Part shown: positions 40,712-54,000 of the stretch, piece after piece | Position numbering within the stretch: position 1 is the stretch's first letter | How the letters are laid out: each line of letters starts with the position of its first letter | Assembly: GCF_964355755.1 (NCBI RefSeq) | Contig: NC_092678.1 | Coordinates: forward strand, 24,569,365 to 24,633,364 | Length of the DNA stretch: 64,000 nucleotides | Direction of reading: 5' to 3' | DNA from: Antedon mediterranea | Lineage: Eukaryota; Animalia; Echinodermata | The notes under the pieces: model-generated | The model's input: the letters and a program-made list of their open reading frames with translations, nothing else | Databases searched by the model: none | What the model was told of the DNA's origin: nothing | Made by a program: the position numbers and the translations under genes

Positions 40712-41050
40712 TAAAGTTTAACCATTGGGGTATACCTCTATGGTTTAAAGTGTAACCATTGTGATATACCTCCATGGTATAAAGTGTAACCATTGAGGTA
40801 TACCTCTATGGATTAATGTGTAACCCTTGTGATATACCTCCATGGTATAAAGTGTAACCATTGAGGTATACCTCTATGGATTAATGTGTAACCCTTGTGA
40901 TATACCTCCATGGTATAAAGTGTAACCATTGTGATATACCTCCATGGTATAAAGTGTAACCATTGAGGTATACCTCTATGGATTAATGTGTAACCCTTGT
41001 GATATACCTCCATGGTATAAAGTGTAACCATTGAGGTATATACCTCCAAT
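40712..41050. repeat. ~30-bp minisatellite with alternating variants, ~11 units
   Basis: TGTAACC(A/C)TTG(T/A)G(A/G)TATACCTC(C/T)ATGG(TATAAAG/ATTAATG) units. Confidence 0.9.
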
Positions 41051-41848
41051 GGTGTAAGATACCATCGGGAAATTTACGCGATCGTACAATACCATACCAA
41101 ATATCATTTCATCAACATATTAACGCGCGCGTTTTCTTTGCAGTATTGTACAGTATTACAATGTTAAAAGATAATAGGTTGGTCGAATGAAAAGGATAGG
41201 AAGATATTTCTTTTGTTTGAAGCGTTTCCTGTATTGTCAACGTTTAGGTTTGATTGCCGACACATGATGTATGCACGTTATTTCCTCGTGTGGTATGTTG
41301 ATACAATAACATTGTTATGGACGAATTTATCGACTTCGTCTACAAATACAATTTCGTCAAATTATAATTTATTGCAAGCTATTTATAAATAAATGCAAGA
41401 TTAATAGCGCTTAGCCAATTCCCAAAAAAAAAATACATTTTTCAATTTCTACCTTCGTATTATTTCCATGACAACGCAATAATGATGTCACTGTAAACAC
41501 ATCTTTAAATGACAATAATACGACACGAGAGGAATGATGCGTCTCGTACAAAATAAATTAAAGATTCAAAATTAATACACTGATTTAAAATAGTTGTTAA
41601 ACTTGATAATTTTTGTTTAAATTTATTGGTAGGTTTACAAATTTAATTTGCAGCTATCTATTGGTTGGATGGATACACTGAACAGTTTAAAAATATTCTA
41701 CTTTTGCTATGCAATGTTTTTACGATGGACTATAATTTCTTCACGCACTTATTGCAAAATTGTTATTCAGGAGCTAGACAAAAAAACTCCAGTAGGCCTG
41801 TAATGATTAGTATCTTACTTATTATTCTTTATCATCTTCTTCTTCCCA

Positions 41849-43015
41849 TCATATAGTCTCGCTATTTATTTCCTCTTGATTCTCAGCTTTTTTGCAAATT
41901 ACAAAATCGTTTAAAACTGTTCGAACTTCCTTACTAAATAAGACTGATAATACAGGGACAATGGTAGTTTGTAGACACGTCAACCACGTCGACACGCCAA
42001 TAAAAATCTGCGGTACGTCACCGGTCCGTTTACTGGTTCTACAAAAACAGCACACAATGTATGGAATCCAAAGAACAACATATGTAACGGATATCAGACA
42101 CATTAGCTTGGTTGATGCTTCCTCTTTGTGGAAATTCCTTATCTGACTATTTCCCGGATGTCTTCTTCCCGTTGCCGCAGCCATGGGTGTACCTTGTCCT
42201 TGTCTAATTCCTAGGCTAGCAGATGTTGCTAGAATCTGGCTGGTAGTAGCTGCACCAGGACCGTAAAAGGTCCAATTATTAGATATTGCTGGGACATATT
42301 GCACGGGGGTCATTCGTCTATGTGCGTGCATATAACAGAATATTTTCAGATATGCTACGAGTAAAAACGAAGCTAATGTTGAAAACACGATAACGTAGCC
42401 TATAGCGTCTTTACGCGTGTGGATGCTGTATTTCAGATTACATTGGTGTTCACTCTCCACATATCCGTATAAGTCACTGTTAAACACTGGAGGGAAGGCC
42501 ATAGATACACTTAGTGCCCACATAAACAAAACGCAAAGGAGTCCGGTTAATCCACGTATTTTCCGACGGTGAAATTTATGGAAACGTAAAACCATGTAAC
42601 GTTCTATACTGATGAGTAACAGACTGTATAGAGATCCAAACGTTAAGTAGACGTTAAAGAACGATATAACCTCGCATAAAGAGCTGCTATGAACCCATGT
42701 ACGATCATGTAGTACAGACGAGATGAGGAACGGCAAACAAAGACCAGCTCGAATTGTATCAGCAACGGATAAATTTAACAAAAAGAAAAACGGATGTCTT
42801 TTTAATCGTTTGTCAATCGCTACAAGCAAACAAAGCATACCGTTACCGCATACACTGATTACTATTATTATCACCATAGAAACGATCCAAGAATATCTAC
42901 GAAGCGCGTACCAATCATGATGAGGTTCATCATTAAAAGATATTCCAATATCGTCTGCGCTCAAAGATACACTTGCGGATGTGTTATTATCTGATATATT
43001 TCCTTCTGTAGACAT
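41849..43015 (-). CDS. SREB-family orphan class A GPCR (GPR27/GPR85/GPR173-like), 388 aa, single coding exon
   Basis: Seven hydrophobic segments and N-terminal N-glycosylation sites. SREB signatures: FLLNLSVADTIR..C.PF, WALSVSMAFPPVF, EHQC, YLKIF..RRMTPVQYVPAISNNWTFYGPGA. First ATG at 43015 (the ORF track starts at an upstream GTG). Probable 5'UTR intron 43190-43739. Confidence 0.92.
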   Translation of the reverse strand: MSTEGNISDNNTSASVSLSADDIGISFNDEPHHDWYALRRYSWIVSMVIIIVISVCGNGMLCLLVAIDKRLKRHPFFFLLNLSVADTIRAGLCLPFLISSVLHDRTWVHSSSLCEVISFFNVYLTFGSLYSLLLISIERYMVLRFHKFHRRKIRGLTGLLCVLFMWALSVSMAFPPVFNSDLYGYVESEHQCNLKYSIHTRKDAIGYVIVFSTLASFLLVAYLKIFCYMHAHRRMTPVQYVPAISNNWTFYGPGAATTSQILATSASLGIRQGQGTPMAAATGRRHPGNSQIRNFHKEEASTKLMCLISVTYVVLWIPYIVCCFCRTSKRTGDVPQIFIGVSTWLTCLQTTIVPVLSVLFSKEVRTVLNDFVICKKAENQEEINSETI

Positions 43016-46000
43016 GTTCAATCTCACTCCAATTAATATTTAATAGAAAATAAATTATTTATTTATAGTTGCACTACGTCGATCTTACGTGTGTATGCTC
43101 TGTGACCGTCTTAGTAAAAATGAGGCAAGGATAGGCTTTGCTGGGATATAATATCCGCCGCACTGGTACACTCCTCTTTTCAGCATTTCCTGTCGGAAAA
43201 TAAACAAAACAATATCATTTGTCACCCGCATTTAATATATTAATGCGGGCTTCCCGATTCCCTTTAGGCCAATTAAATTCTGCTTTCCTTCGTTTCCGCT
43301 GCTATCGTAGGAAAACACACTCACATCTGGCCCCGCATGTTAACACCGATCTCTACAGGGTTTCATGCCTAAATGAATGAACACAAAGGCATTTTCGATG
43401 TCTGAATCTAAACAAAGGGTATATAATATATATTTCTAACCAGCAAGGCCATTGTCATATTCCTCGTAATACGAAATAAATTATCTTATTCTAACAGTTC
43501 AAACAAATTACAGTAAATTTATTTTACATGTGAACACGGTGTTTAAATCGTATACCAGAGGAGAGTATAATTAAATACATCCTCGTTGAAATATAAAGCC
43601 CTGTCCATATAGCTCCGATCGACTCAACCAATCCTAGGCTCCTGTTTTTACACAATCATAATTACATTTAGATACTGTAGTAGAAAATATGCATAGGTAA
43701 TGGGCACTAACGAATCGACCAAAATAAGAACATACTTACGAATAAATGAAGAGTTAAGTCACTACATTGTGCGTGTTTCTTCTATAAGTCTTTGCTCTTC
43801 ACTGTATATTATTATATACATATATACACACATAGAAGTATAACACAACGTCGGAAGTATTCTCAGTCTGTTGCTGAGCGCTCTTTGTCGTTCCAATCCA
43901 AAACATAATGTCAATAAAATTCTTTGTATGACCCGATCGACTGCATCGCGCATGTGCAGTTATGAAGATTAATTTTATAGGCAACAACAGATTTCAGAAG
44001 ATGAATTACTTAATATTCATCTATCAAAGTGGACAATATCCAATCTTCATTTTCATGAATTAAACATAATATTTATATCTGAAATACATCGACATTACAA
44101 ATACGTGGCCTTCACAATGTAATACGTGTGAGTGACGAATTACCCGACAAAAGGCATTGCCACGCACGCGTGCGCGTATACTAGGTATAACCTTTGTACG
44201 CCGCTCGTTGCGTATGTATTTTATTCCTAATTATATCAGTGAGGTAAATTAAGTGAATAGACCTACTGTTCAAATATTTTATAATCTGTCAGGCTATGAC
44301 CCGGGCTATGTTAACTTGGTTTTATAGTTTTGGTAATAACATCTTTTGTTGTTTTATCCATGTAGAGTCGGACGTACCAATATAGGCCTAATAAATTTGT
44401 TATATTATTTCCGATAAATAAATAATTGGTAGAGGTAGTTACATTACTACCAAAATTGCCATAATGCATTTTCTCAGGCCTAGCAACAATATTAATACAT
44501 TAATGACTGTAGATAATTATGTAAAATTATGTTTATTGTTTTGTATGTATTAGTAGCTGTACACGTCGTGTACGTGGCTTTTCAAGGCTAACATCATTAC
44601 CTGTTTTATCAAATCTTCCCTTTGTGTTTCACAATGCATGTACCACCACATTCAGCAATCGAGGGTAAACAATGGACCTGCTGTATTCCCTATAGACAAA
44701 CACTGCCAAGACCTAGAGATTCGTTAAATATAACACTTTATCGTAAGTAGGCCTACTGCATTTTGCGTTAGAACTTAATTGTAGAAGGCCTGCCATCATG
44801 GTTATACGTGTTAACCAATGGCACGATAATGATTCAACCAATATACCGAGTTGTTTTTAAAATTATTTTATCACCATGACCACAAAACAGGCTGTTATTT
44901 ATTATGTTTATTTATATTATTGGTTTTTATTTATTTATTTATTTGTTGACCATACACCTTTGAATCAGTGGCACTCACAGTATGCGACGCGGTCCAACAA
45001 ACATAATACAACATATTGAAACATAAAAAGATGCATGAATAACTAAACTGAAACTAAGCTAAAACAAAAACGTTTTGTTTATTGTTTTGAGACGAATACA
45101 TGAAATGAAATGAAAAAAATGCTATGGTTATAAGAAGTTGATTCTTCTTACATAATTCCGAAATGACGGTTATACAAAGGTAATTCGATTCGGAACAAAA
45201 AAAATAAAATAATGGAGGTATAAATTATCTTCTGGGCATCATTTACGATTTTATTTTTTAAACTCCGGTGTTGCTAGGTTGATGTGAATGGGGTCTCTTC
45301 GGAATTTCTCGACGTTGTTTCTCGAGACCCTCCGGAGATCACTGTAAAGTTTGATGTCAAAGGAGGGGGTAGTACAAAACAACCATACTTACTTTATTAG
45401 AGGAAAGGCCCACTGATTTTTGCGTTAAAACGTTTATTATTTACGTAAGGTCAGGATAATGATTTAAAAATATTAATTACCGAGTTGCGTTTTGTTTTTA
45501 ATTATTCTATCAGCATGTCGTCGACAAAATGTTCGCGACGGTTATACAAAGGTAATTCTGAAAAGAAAATAAATAATGGAAGTATATTAAGCCTCTCCGT
45601 GATTAAATGTAGTTAGTTAGGCCTACCAGGGAAGAGTCCCTGGTAGGCCTTGAAGTAAGTAGGCCTACCAGGGAAGAGTCCCTGGGCCTACTTACTTTCG
45701 AGGAAAGTAAACGTGCGGGTGATATTTATATTCATTTTTAAAAAGTTTTAAAACATCAAGTCTATAAATAGAAATATAACTGAAAGGAAGATTGCCTTTA
45801 AGAGAGGGCGCTATATCAACATCTTGTAAAATATAAGAATGTTTTGTAGATTTTTTACTTGATTTAGTTGATGTTGAGACTTATAAAGCCGAAGCTTGTG
45901 TGTCCCTCGACGTGTTTCTATATATAAAATTCTAATTTGTTTCGGGCATTCATGTATACATATACATGGCAATTAATATACTTTTGTGTGACAAATATTA

Positions 46001-47445
46001 ATGGTGCATATTATATATATGTATACTTTATTTAAATCAATTACTGTATATTGATATATTGGAAAAAGCACAAAACCAAAAGAAATATATAAGGTGATAA
46101 GTACATTTTTATTGAATTTTCAAAGTGTAAAAATGCGTAAAAAACATTTAAAATTAAATGAACATATCGTAAAAGATATCAATAAATTTTAGAAAGAATT
46201 TAATTTGCTTTATTTAAATTATATAATAGTAACAAATATAATCCCACCGTACCTAATTTAGGCCCAGTCAGATGGGCTCAATCAATAACCTCATGTACTA
46301 TCATATCTTTGTTAACTGATTTTATCATAAAACTATTAGACATTCTGAATTTTCGAACTTACAACATAAAATATTTGATTATAATAATATATACAGCACT
46401 TTAATTTCTCAAATACACTATTCTGTGTACAATCATTTTTCAAAATCAACGAAAAAGCCTTTTTGGAAACATTTCAGGATTAATGACTATAATGTTAACA
46501 ATTATATATTGAATGAATATACTTTTACTTAAGTACGTAAGTTTTATCGATAACAAAATCTGTATCTGTTGTTTACATGGCATTTGTGAAAAATAAATTT
46601 GGAACGATGAGGAGAATGTTATAAATGTGATGTGCACACAGAGGACCTGGAAGAATTAAAAGTAAAAACAATAACATGTTATCATTTTAAAAAAACATGA
46701 CGTGTTGATATCATTTGATAGATACATACTTTGGCAATTTACAAATAACATTTAATTATAAAAATATCTGTAATGTATTTAATTTTTATCAGTAACATTA
46801 ACAAAATTGACGGGCTACATTTATGGTTTTTATTTGATCAAAAGTTCTTGTGGAGTTTTTATCCAGGAGTTTATTTCTTCTTCTTCTTCTTCTCTTCTTT
46901 TTTCTTTCTTCAGCCTTCTTAACAATTTATTTATCTATATCTGCAGTAGTAACAAGACATGACGCCATTCATTGTTAGTCCCGTCTAAGTTCTGTCTAAA
47001 AAACCTTCAAAATGTTTATTTCCTTCTTGACAACAAATGCTCTTTTTTATTTTAACTGATTCCATCGCTCTGTCCCAATTACTTACTTAGAGGTAGGCCA
47101 TAAATAACTTATTCTGTTTGATTTTTAATCACATCATAGAGTAACGATCACATCCTATCAGCCCTATTATACATATACAGTATTTAAAGGCCTTATTAGC
47201 AGCGGTGCTTTGTTTTTAAAATAGTTTCTTCTTGGTGTTGATTGTTTTCCCTATATAGATAGGCCTACGACGATTTGTAAAGTTAAACACACTAAATCAT
47301 TAATCTTAAAAAGGAATGTGGCTAAGACCTCTAAGCCACTAAGAAAACTACTGGCTGGTCTCTCCAGTCACATGCCTTTGAGTAAACATACCGCCTGATC
47401 AACAGTCAAAGTTCGAACAATAATTGACCTATGTAGGCCTAGCTC

Positions 47446-47619
47446 CTACGATTGTCCGGCTCTCTTCCTTGCGTAACAGCCTAGACATGCACATATTCCT
47501 AGAATTCCAAATATAAGGCCAAATATCAGTGCAATAGCATCTCCCGCATCAAATGCCGATACTACAGGCAAACAAGTTGCTATTAAAATAGCTATAATTT
47601 GTACAAATAGGGAAGACAT
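47446..47619 (-). CDS. SMIM30: Small integral membrane protein 30 (57-aa microprotein)
   Basis: MSSLFVQIIAILIATCLPVVSAFDAGDAIALIFGLIFGILGICACLGCYARKRAGQS matches the SMIM30 pattern LPVVEA.EAGDAIAL..G....GICACLG.YARKR.GQ; ATG at 47619 in AAAATG context. Confidence 0.92.
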   Translation of the reverse strand: MSSLFVQIIAILIATCLPVVSAFDAGDAIALIFGLIFGILGICACLGCYARKRAGQS

Positions 47620-48031
47620 TTTAAAACCCTGTTTTCCAACAGACTTTACGTTAACAGCAGCAACGATCTTTTTTGGACCCGGAAGTATAACAAATATCAT
47701 GTGAGTGAACCACACGTGACTGACCTTTGTGGACTCGACCATTTTTTGGTTTATCATGATGTAAATAAAAAAAGTATAAAATAGTAAAGATTACAAAAGC
47801 AAAAACATACAGAGGGTTAGGCCCAGATTTCTTTCTATTTACAATGATAGATAATAATTGATTGCGATTGATTGTAAAATATACGTGGTATTTTATTCAA
47901 TAAAATATCCATTAGGATTCATGGAAGGCCTAGTAGAAATGGAATGGCCTACGTGTATGATAATTGATGACGTGTATTGTTTTTATCACGTGACCAATGA
48001 ACTTGATCGTTGCTGTTTTGACACCGAAAAA
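47620..48031. promoter_or_regulatory. Bidirectional promoter between SMIM30 and EIF4E3
   Basis: 412 bp between divergent ATGs. CCGGAAGT (ETS) at 47679, CACGTGAC E-boxes at 47713 and 47987, TGACGT at ~47967, CCAAT at 47994, AAAATGGCGG (YY1-like) overlapping the EIF4E3 ATG. Confidence 0.7.
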
Positions 48032-51000
48032 ATGGCGGAGTGTGAGAGTAAATATCCTAGCTCTTTAGAAGCCTCAATAAACCAGTTAGACGAATCTGAG
48101 CTCACTTCAGAAACAATATCAGAGGTAAAAAGCACAGAGGAAACTGGTGTTCCACTAAATACGCCATGGACGTTTTGGGTAGATCGGTAAGTGACAGCTG
48201 AATTCCTAGGCCTACCTAGCCTAGCTAGCAGTTTAAAAGTAGGTAGTTTACTGTGTCACTGTCAATAATGCATTTACTGTGGGTGGGTCAAAGAAACAAA
48301 CATTTGATGGGCTGGTTAAAGTGGTGGTGGTAGGCTAAAAGCCCAATGAATGATTTAATACAAACGTATTACATTAAATAAAAATTATACATTCTATCAA
48401 ATAATCTTTAGATGGGTTGTCCCATCCATGGTTGTCTCCCCAAAAAACAGTTAATTTTAAAAAAAACTTTTAATAGAATGTTTCACTCACATCCTAATAA
48501 AGTTAATCACTTCTGTAGAAAACAAAATAAAATAATGTTTTCACGTAATATATTTATAGAAAGACAAATCATTTCTCAGGTAAATAATTTATTTTCAGAG
48601 ATCCAATTTGTAAAATTGAATAATTGACATTAAATTGACATATTCAACCAACACATTTAAACAAATTATTTGATCAGGGGACAATATTAAAGGTAAAATT
48701 TGAATTTAACAATTTCTTGGTTTATTTCATTTTTTGTAGATCTGTACCAGGGACAACAGCCGCTGAGTATGAAGCAGAACTCAGAAAAATCTATACATTT
48801 CACACAGTTGAGGTAAATCCTTTATACCGTTAATTCTCTAATTTGAATACATTTTTATACATAAGCTATTCTATAACTATATTTATCACATTGTTCAATT
48901 GTTTTGTTTATTGAATAATAACATTTGATCTCAAAATATTAAGTTTTAAATTGTTTATTCAATGCAGCTTATTTTTAATTGGTGTATGTCATTATAACTT
49001 TGTTTTGTTTATTACTTAATTTGTGCTACTTATACCCCTTTCACACCAAAAGCAAAACTCCGGAGACACTCCGGAGACACCCCGGAGTTGACGTCCCGCT
49101 GTTTGGTGTGAAAGGTAAAATCAAGCTGAACATTCTCCGGAGAGCGAACTGCGGGGACACCCCGGTGTTTTGGTGTGAAAGGTACCAACATCAAACTCCG
49201 GAGTGTTTCGGGTCAAAAGGTCATCCTCACACGATCACTCATTGCTTTAGTTTTATTTCAAAATACTTTAAATATTTGTACAACATATATAGCGGGTTCA
49301 AAAATAATAAGTAGTATCAATAAAACATTATATTACTTCTGAGACTTTTGAAAGTAATTATTAAATTAAACATATTATTAATTAAAATGATTCTAATGAT
49401 CGTCGTTATGTAAACAAACAAAATAGAGGGCGACATTTACAATTTTATTTTATAAACCCCGGAGTTGCTAGGTTGGTGTGAAAGGGGTATCTCCGGAGTT
49501 TCTTGACGTTTTGAATGGTCATAAACCCCGGGGTGTCTCCGGAGACACTCCGGAGTTTTGGTGTGAAAGGGGTATGAGTTTTGTTATTTTTGTATTTTAT
49601 AAGTAATGATGGAGTAAGAGCAGTTTTCTGTTTGGGCTCATGCCTATTACTTGCTCCTGGCAAGATAAATTGTGAAATGTACTTTTATGAACTTTTGCCG
49701 AATAAATATTATTATTATAATTTTAATATATATTTAATGTAATTACATTCATAAACACAATATGAAAGAAAAAAATGCCTTTTCATGATTGATTGATTGA
49801 TTGATAATTATATATTTTTTAATTTATTCAGGGTTTTTGGAAAGTATTTAATAATATACCAGATGCCAGTCACCTAGCAACAAGATGCAGTTATCATTTG
49901 ATGAGAGGGATGAATAAACCAATTTGGTAAATTATAATTTTATTATTTATGATGCTACACAAGGAGGATGTAATTGAGGTGGAAAGAAGGGGTGGGGAAG
50001 GTGGGGTTGATAGAGGGAACATGTAAATGATTCCACCCTGAAACCTAAAGCTTATGTTAAGGTCTACCATCCAGCCTCAATGTAGCATCCACCCATGGCT
50101 ACCTAAATTTACTGTTTTGATTTGACTTGGTGAAAAGGGATAATGATTTTTGAACTTGTAATAAAAACCATAGTAAAATGTTGTAATGTACAATATAATA
50201 GTTCTCTAATACACTTATTGACTAAAGCTATATTATTAAGTGTCATATTATTATGATTATTTTGTTACAGGGAGGAACCTTGTAATGCACATGGCGGAGA
50301 CTGGAAACTAAAAGTACCAAAGAATTATAGTGTAAGTTTTATCAATTCTCTCTGACTAATTCACTTTACTTAACTACAGTGATTATTTGTGTTCGAGTTC
50401 AAATAAGATCACAAATAAGATAGTTTAACAAGAAAATTTTAATCATGTATTTTACCGCCATTTTTCATTTTGACATTTTAATTAACATCGTATCTAAAAT
50501 TTTAATGAAAACAAATATGGTTAATACTGAATTCAAGCATCTTATTATGTAAATATACCTGTATTTTAACTACTTTAAACACATACTTTTAATTGTCACA
50601 AATGTACTTATATGTATATAATATATTCACCAATGAGAATTTAAATAAACGTGAGATGAACTCACACAAGACAAAAAAAAGTACAGTGATTATTATTTAC
50701 AAATAGCCTATTAATAATAATAAAAAAGAATAACTAAGAAAGATATATAAAATTATACAATGATATGGAAATGTTGTAATTTATTTTACATTATTTAAGC
50801 TATTCAATTATATGTGACAAAGACAATTAATGTGCCCATATATGGACATGATGATGTCATATCACTACCATATTTGGGCATATCACTACCATATTTGGGC
50901 ACAGCACTTTTTTGTAGACAGAGCTTTATACTTTATATACAACAACATCCAGTTTATAATATTAATCAAAACATTAAATCAATCTTTAGTCAATAGTTTG

Positions 51001-54000
51001 GAAAGAAGTATTACTAGCAGCAATAGGTGAGCAGTTTGCAGACTGTTTTGCAAAAGGTAAAATATTTATCAGTTAATTCAAGATATTGCAAACGGTTAAG
51101 ACAGTGGAAATGTAAATACATCGTGTGGTTGTAGAACAAGTCATAGTTTCAGTGGAAAAAAACAAGTATTCTCCGGATACAGATTATTAACCGTAGGTCC
51201 AGTGTACGCACATCTAGCTTGTGCGCTTGAAAGTAGAGGGGGGTTACCCTTGTGTACTAGTACATCACAGCCACTGATCATAACTGGGCCCTCTGGGAGA
51301 CCAGTCTTTGACTGAAGAGGTCACCCAGTATAAATAAATAATAACAAACCAACCTACCACAGCCTGTAATTCTCAAGAATTTATTTAACTGACAGCTTAT
51401 CCCACAATTACCCATTTGCTATTGTTTAATTTGATAGGGGATGATATATGTGGAGTGAGTATCAGTAGAAGGGGTATGGAAGACGTTATTCAAATATGGA
51501 ATGCAAGTACTTTACTACATGAACAGTCCACAGTCATTGAGAAAATAATGAAACTATTACCAGATGTACAGTTTAAAACAGTATTTTATAAATGTAAGTT
51601 TCTGTATATTCAAGTTCACTATATTTATAAGCACTTTTCTCTTATGATGTTGACATAATGGCTGAGTGGGGTAATACAGGAGTACTGTACCACAGCCATA
51701 GTATCAGCAGCAAAGTACTAACAACCCTACCACCAATGAGATCACTTTGCAACCATGAGGGGACGACATAGAGAAAAGTCTGTCTGTGTCTAATAGACAC
51801 AATCCTGTCGCCCCTCCTAATAGACACAATCCTGTCGCCCCTCCTAATAGACACAATCCTGTCACCCCTCCTAATAGACACAATCCTGTCACCCCTCCTA
51901 ATAGACACAATCCTGTCACCCCTCCTAATAGACACAATCCTGTCACCCCTCCTAATAGACACAATCCTGTCACCCCTCCTAATAGACACAATCCTGTCAC
52001 CCCTCCTAATAGACACAATCCTGTCACCCCTCCTAATAGACACAATCCTGTCGCCCCTCCTAACAGACACAATCCTGTCACCCCTCCTATCAGACACAAT
52101 CCTGTCACCCCTCCTAATAGACACAATCCTGTCACCCCTCCTAACAGACACAATCCTGTCGCCCCTCCTAATAGACACAATCCTGTCACCCCTCCTAATA
52201 GACACAATCCTGTGGCCCCCTCCTAATAGACACAATCCTGTCGCCCCTCCTAATAGGCACAATCCTGTCGCCCCTCCTAACAGGCACAATCCTGTCGCCC
52301 CTCCTAACAGACACAATCCTGTCGCCCCCTCCTAATAGACACAATCCTGTCACCCCTCCTAATAGACACAATCCTGTCACCCCTCCTAATAGACACAATC
52401 CTGTCTCCCCTCCTAATAGACACAATCCTGTCGCCCCTCCTAATAGACACAATCCTGTCGCCCCTCCTAATAGACACAATCCTGTTGCCCCTCCTAATAG
52501 ACACAATCCTGTTGCCCCTCCTAATAGACACAATCCTGTCGCCCCTCCTAACAGACACAATCCTGTCGTCCCTCCTAACAGACACAATCCTGTCGCCCCT
52601 CCTAACAGACACAATCCTGTCGCCCCTCCTAACAGATACAATCCTGTCGTCCCTCCTAACAGACACAATCCTGTCGCCCCTCCTAACAGACACAATCCTG
52701 TCGCCCCTCCTAACAGACACAATCCTGTCGCCCCTCCTAACAGACACAATCCTGTCGCCCCTCCTAACAGACACAATCCTGTCGCCCCTCCTAACAGACA
52801 CAATCCTGTCGCCCCTCCTAATACACACAATCCTGTCACACCTCCTAATAGACACAATCCTGTCACCCCTCCTAATAGACACAATCCTGTCACCCCTCCT
52901 AATAGACACAATCCTGTCACCCCTCCTAATAGACACAATCCTGTCACCCCTCCTAATAGACACAATCCTGTCACCCCTCCTAATAGACACAATCCTGTCA
53001 CCCCTCCTAATAGACACAATCCTGTCACCCCTCCTAATAGACACAATCCTGTCGCCCCTCCTAACAGACACAATCCTGTCGCCCCTCCTATCAGACACAA
53101 TCCTGTCACCCTCCTAATAGACACAATCCTGTCACCCCTCCTAACAGACACAATCCTGTCGCCCCTCCTAATAGACACAATCCTGTCACCCCTCCTAATA
53201 GACACAATCCTGTGGCCCCCCTCCTAATAGGCACAATCCTGTCGCCCCTCCTAATAGGCACAATCCTGTCGCCCCTCCTAACAGGCACAATCCTGTCGCC
53301 CCTCCTAACAGACACAATCCTGTCGCCCCCTCCTAATAGACACAATCCTGTCACCCCTCCTAATAGACACAATCCTGTCACCCCTCCTAATAGACACAAT
53401 CCTGTCGCCCCTCCTAATAGACACAATCCTGTCGCCCCTCCTAATAGACACAATCCTGTCGCCGCTCCTAATAGACACAATCCTGTCGCCCCTCCTAATA
53501 GACACAATCCTGTCGCCCCTCCTAACAGACACAATCCTGTCGCCCCTCCTAACAGACACAATCCTGTCGCCCCTCCTAACAGACACAATCCTGTCGCCCC
53601 TCCTAACAGACACAATCCTGTCGCCCCTCCTAACAGACACAATCCTGTCGCCCCTCCTAACAGACACAATCCTGTCGCCCCTCCTAACAGACACAATCCT
53701 GTCGCCCCTCCTAACAGACACAATCCTGTCGCCCCTCCTAACAGACACAATCCTGTCGCCCCTCCTAACAGACACAATCCTGTCGCCCCTCCTAACAGAC
53801 ACAATCCTGTCGCACCTCCTAATAGACACAATCCTGTCACACCTCCTAATAGTCACAATCCTGTCACCCCTCCTAATAGTCACAATCCTGTCACCCCTCC
53901 TAATAGACACAATCCTGTCACCCCTCCTCATAGACACAATCCTGTCACCCCTCCTAATAGACACAATCCTGTCACCCCTCCTAATAGACACAATCCTGTC

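Noticed and set aside
47620-47757. 46-aa N-terminal extension of SMIM30, and the extension of EIF4E3 from 47858
   Set aside because: Recognisable homology lies downstream of the ATGs at 47619 and 48032, and the extensions overlap promoter motifs.
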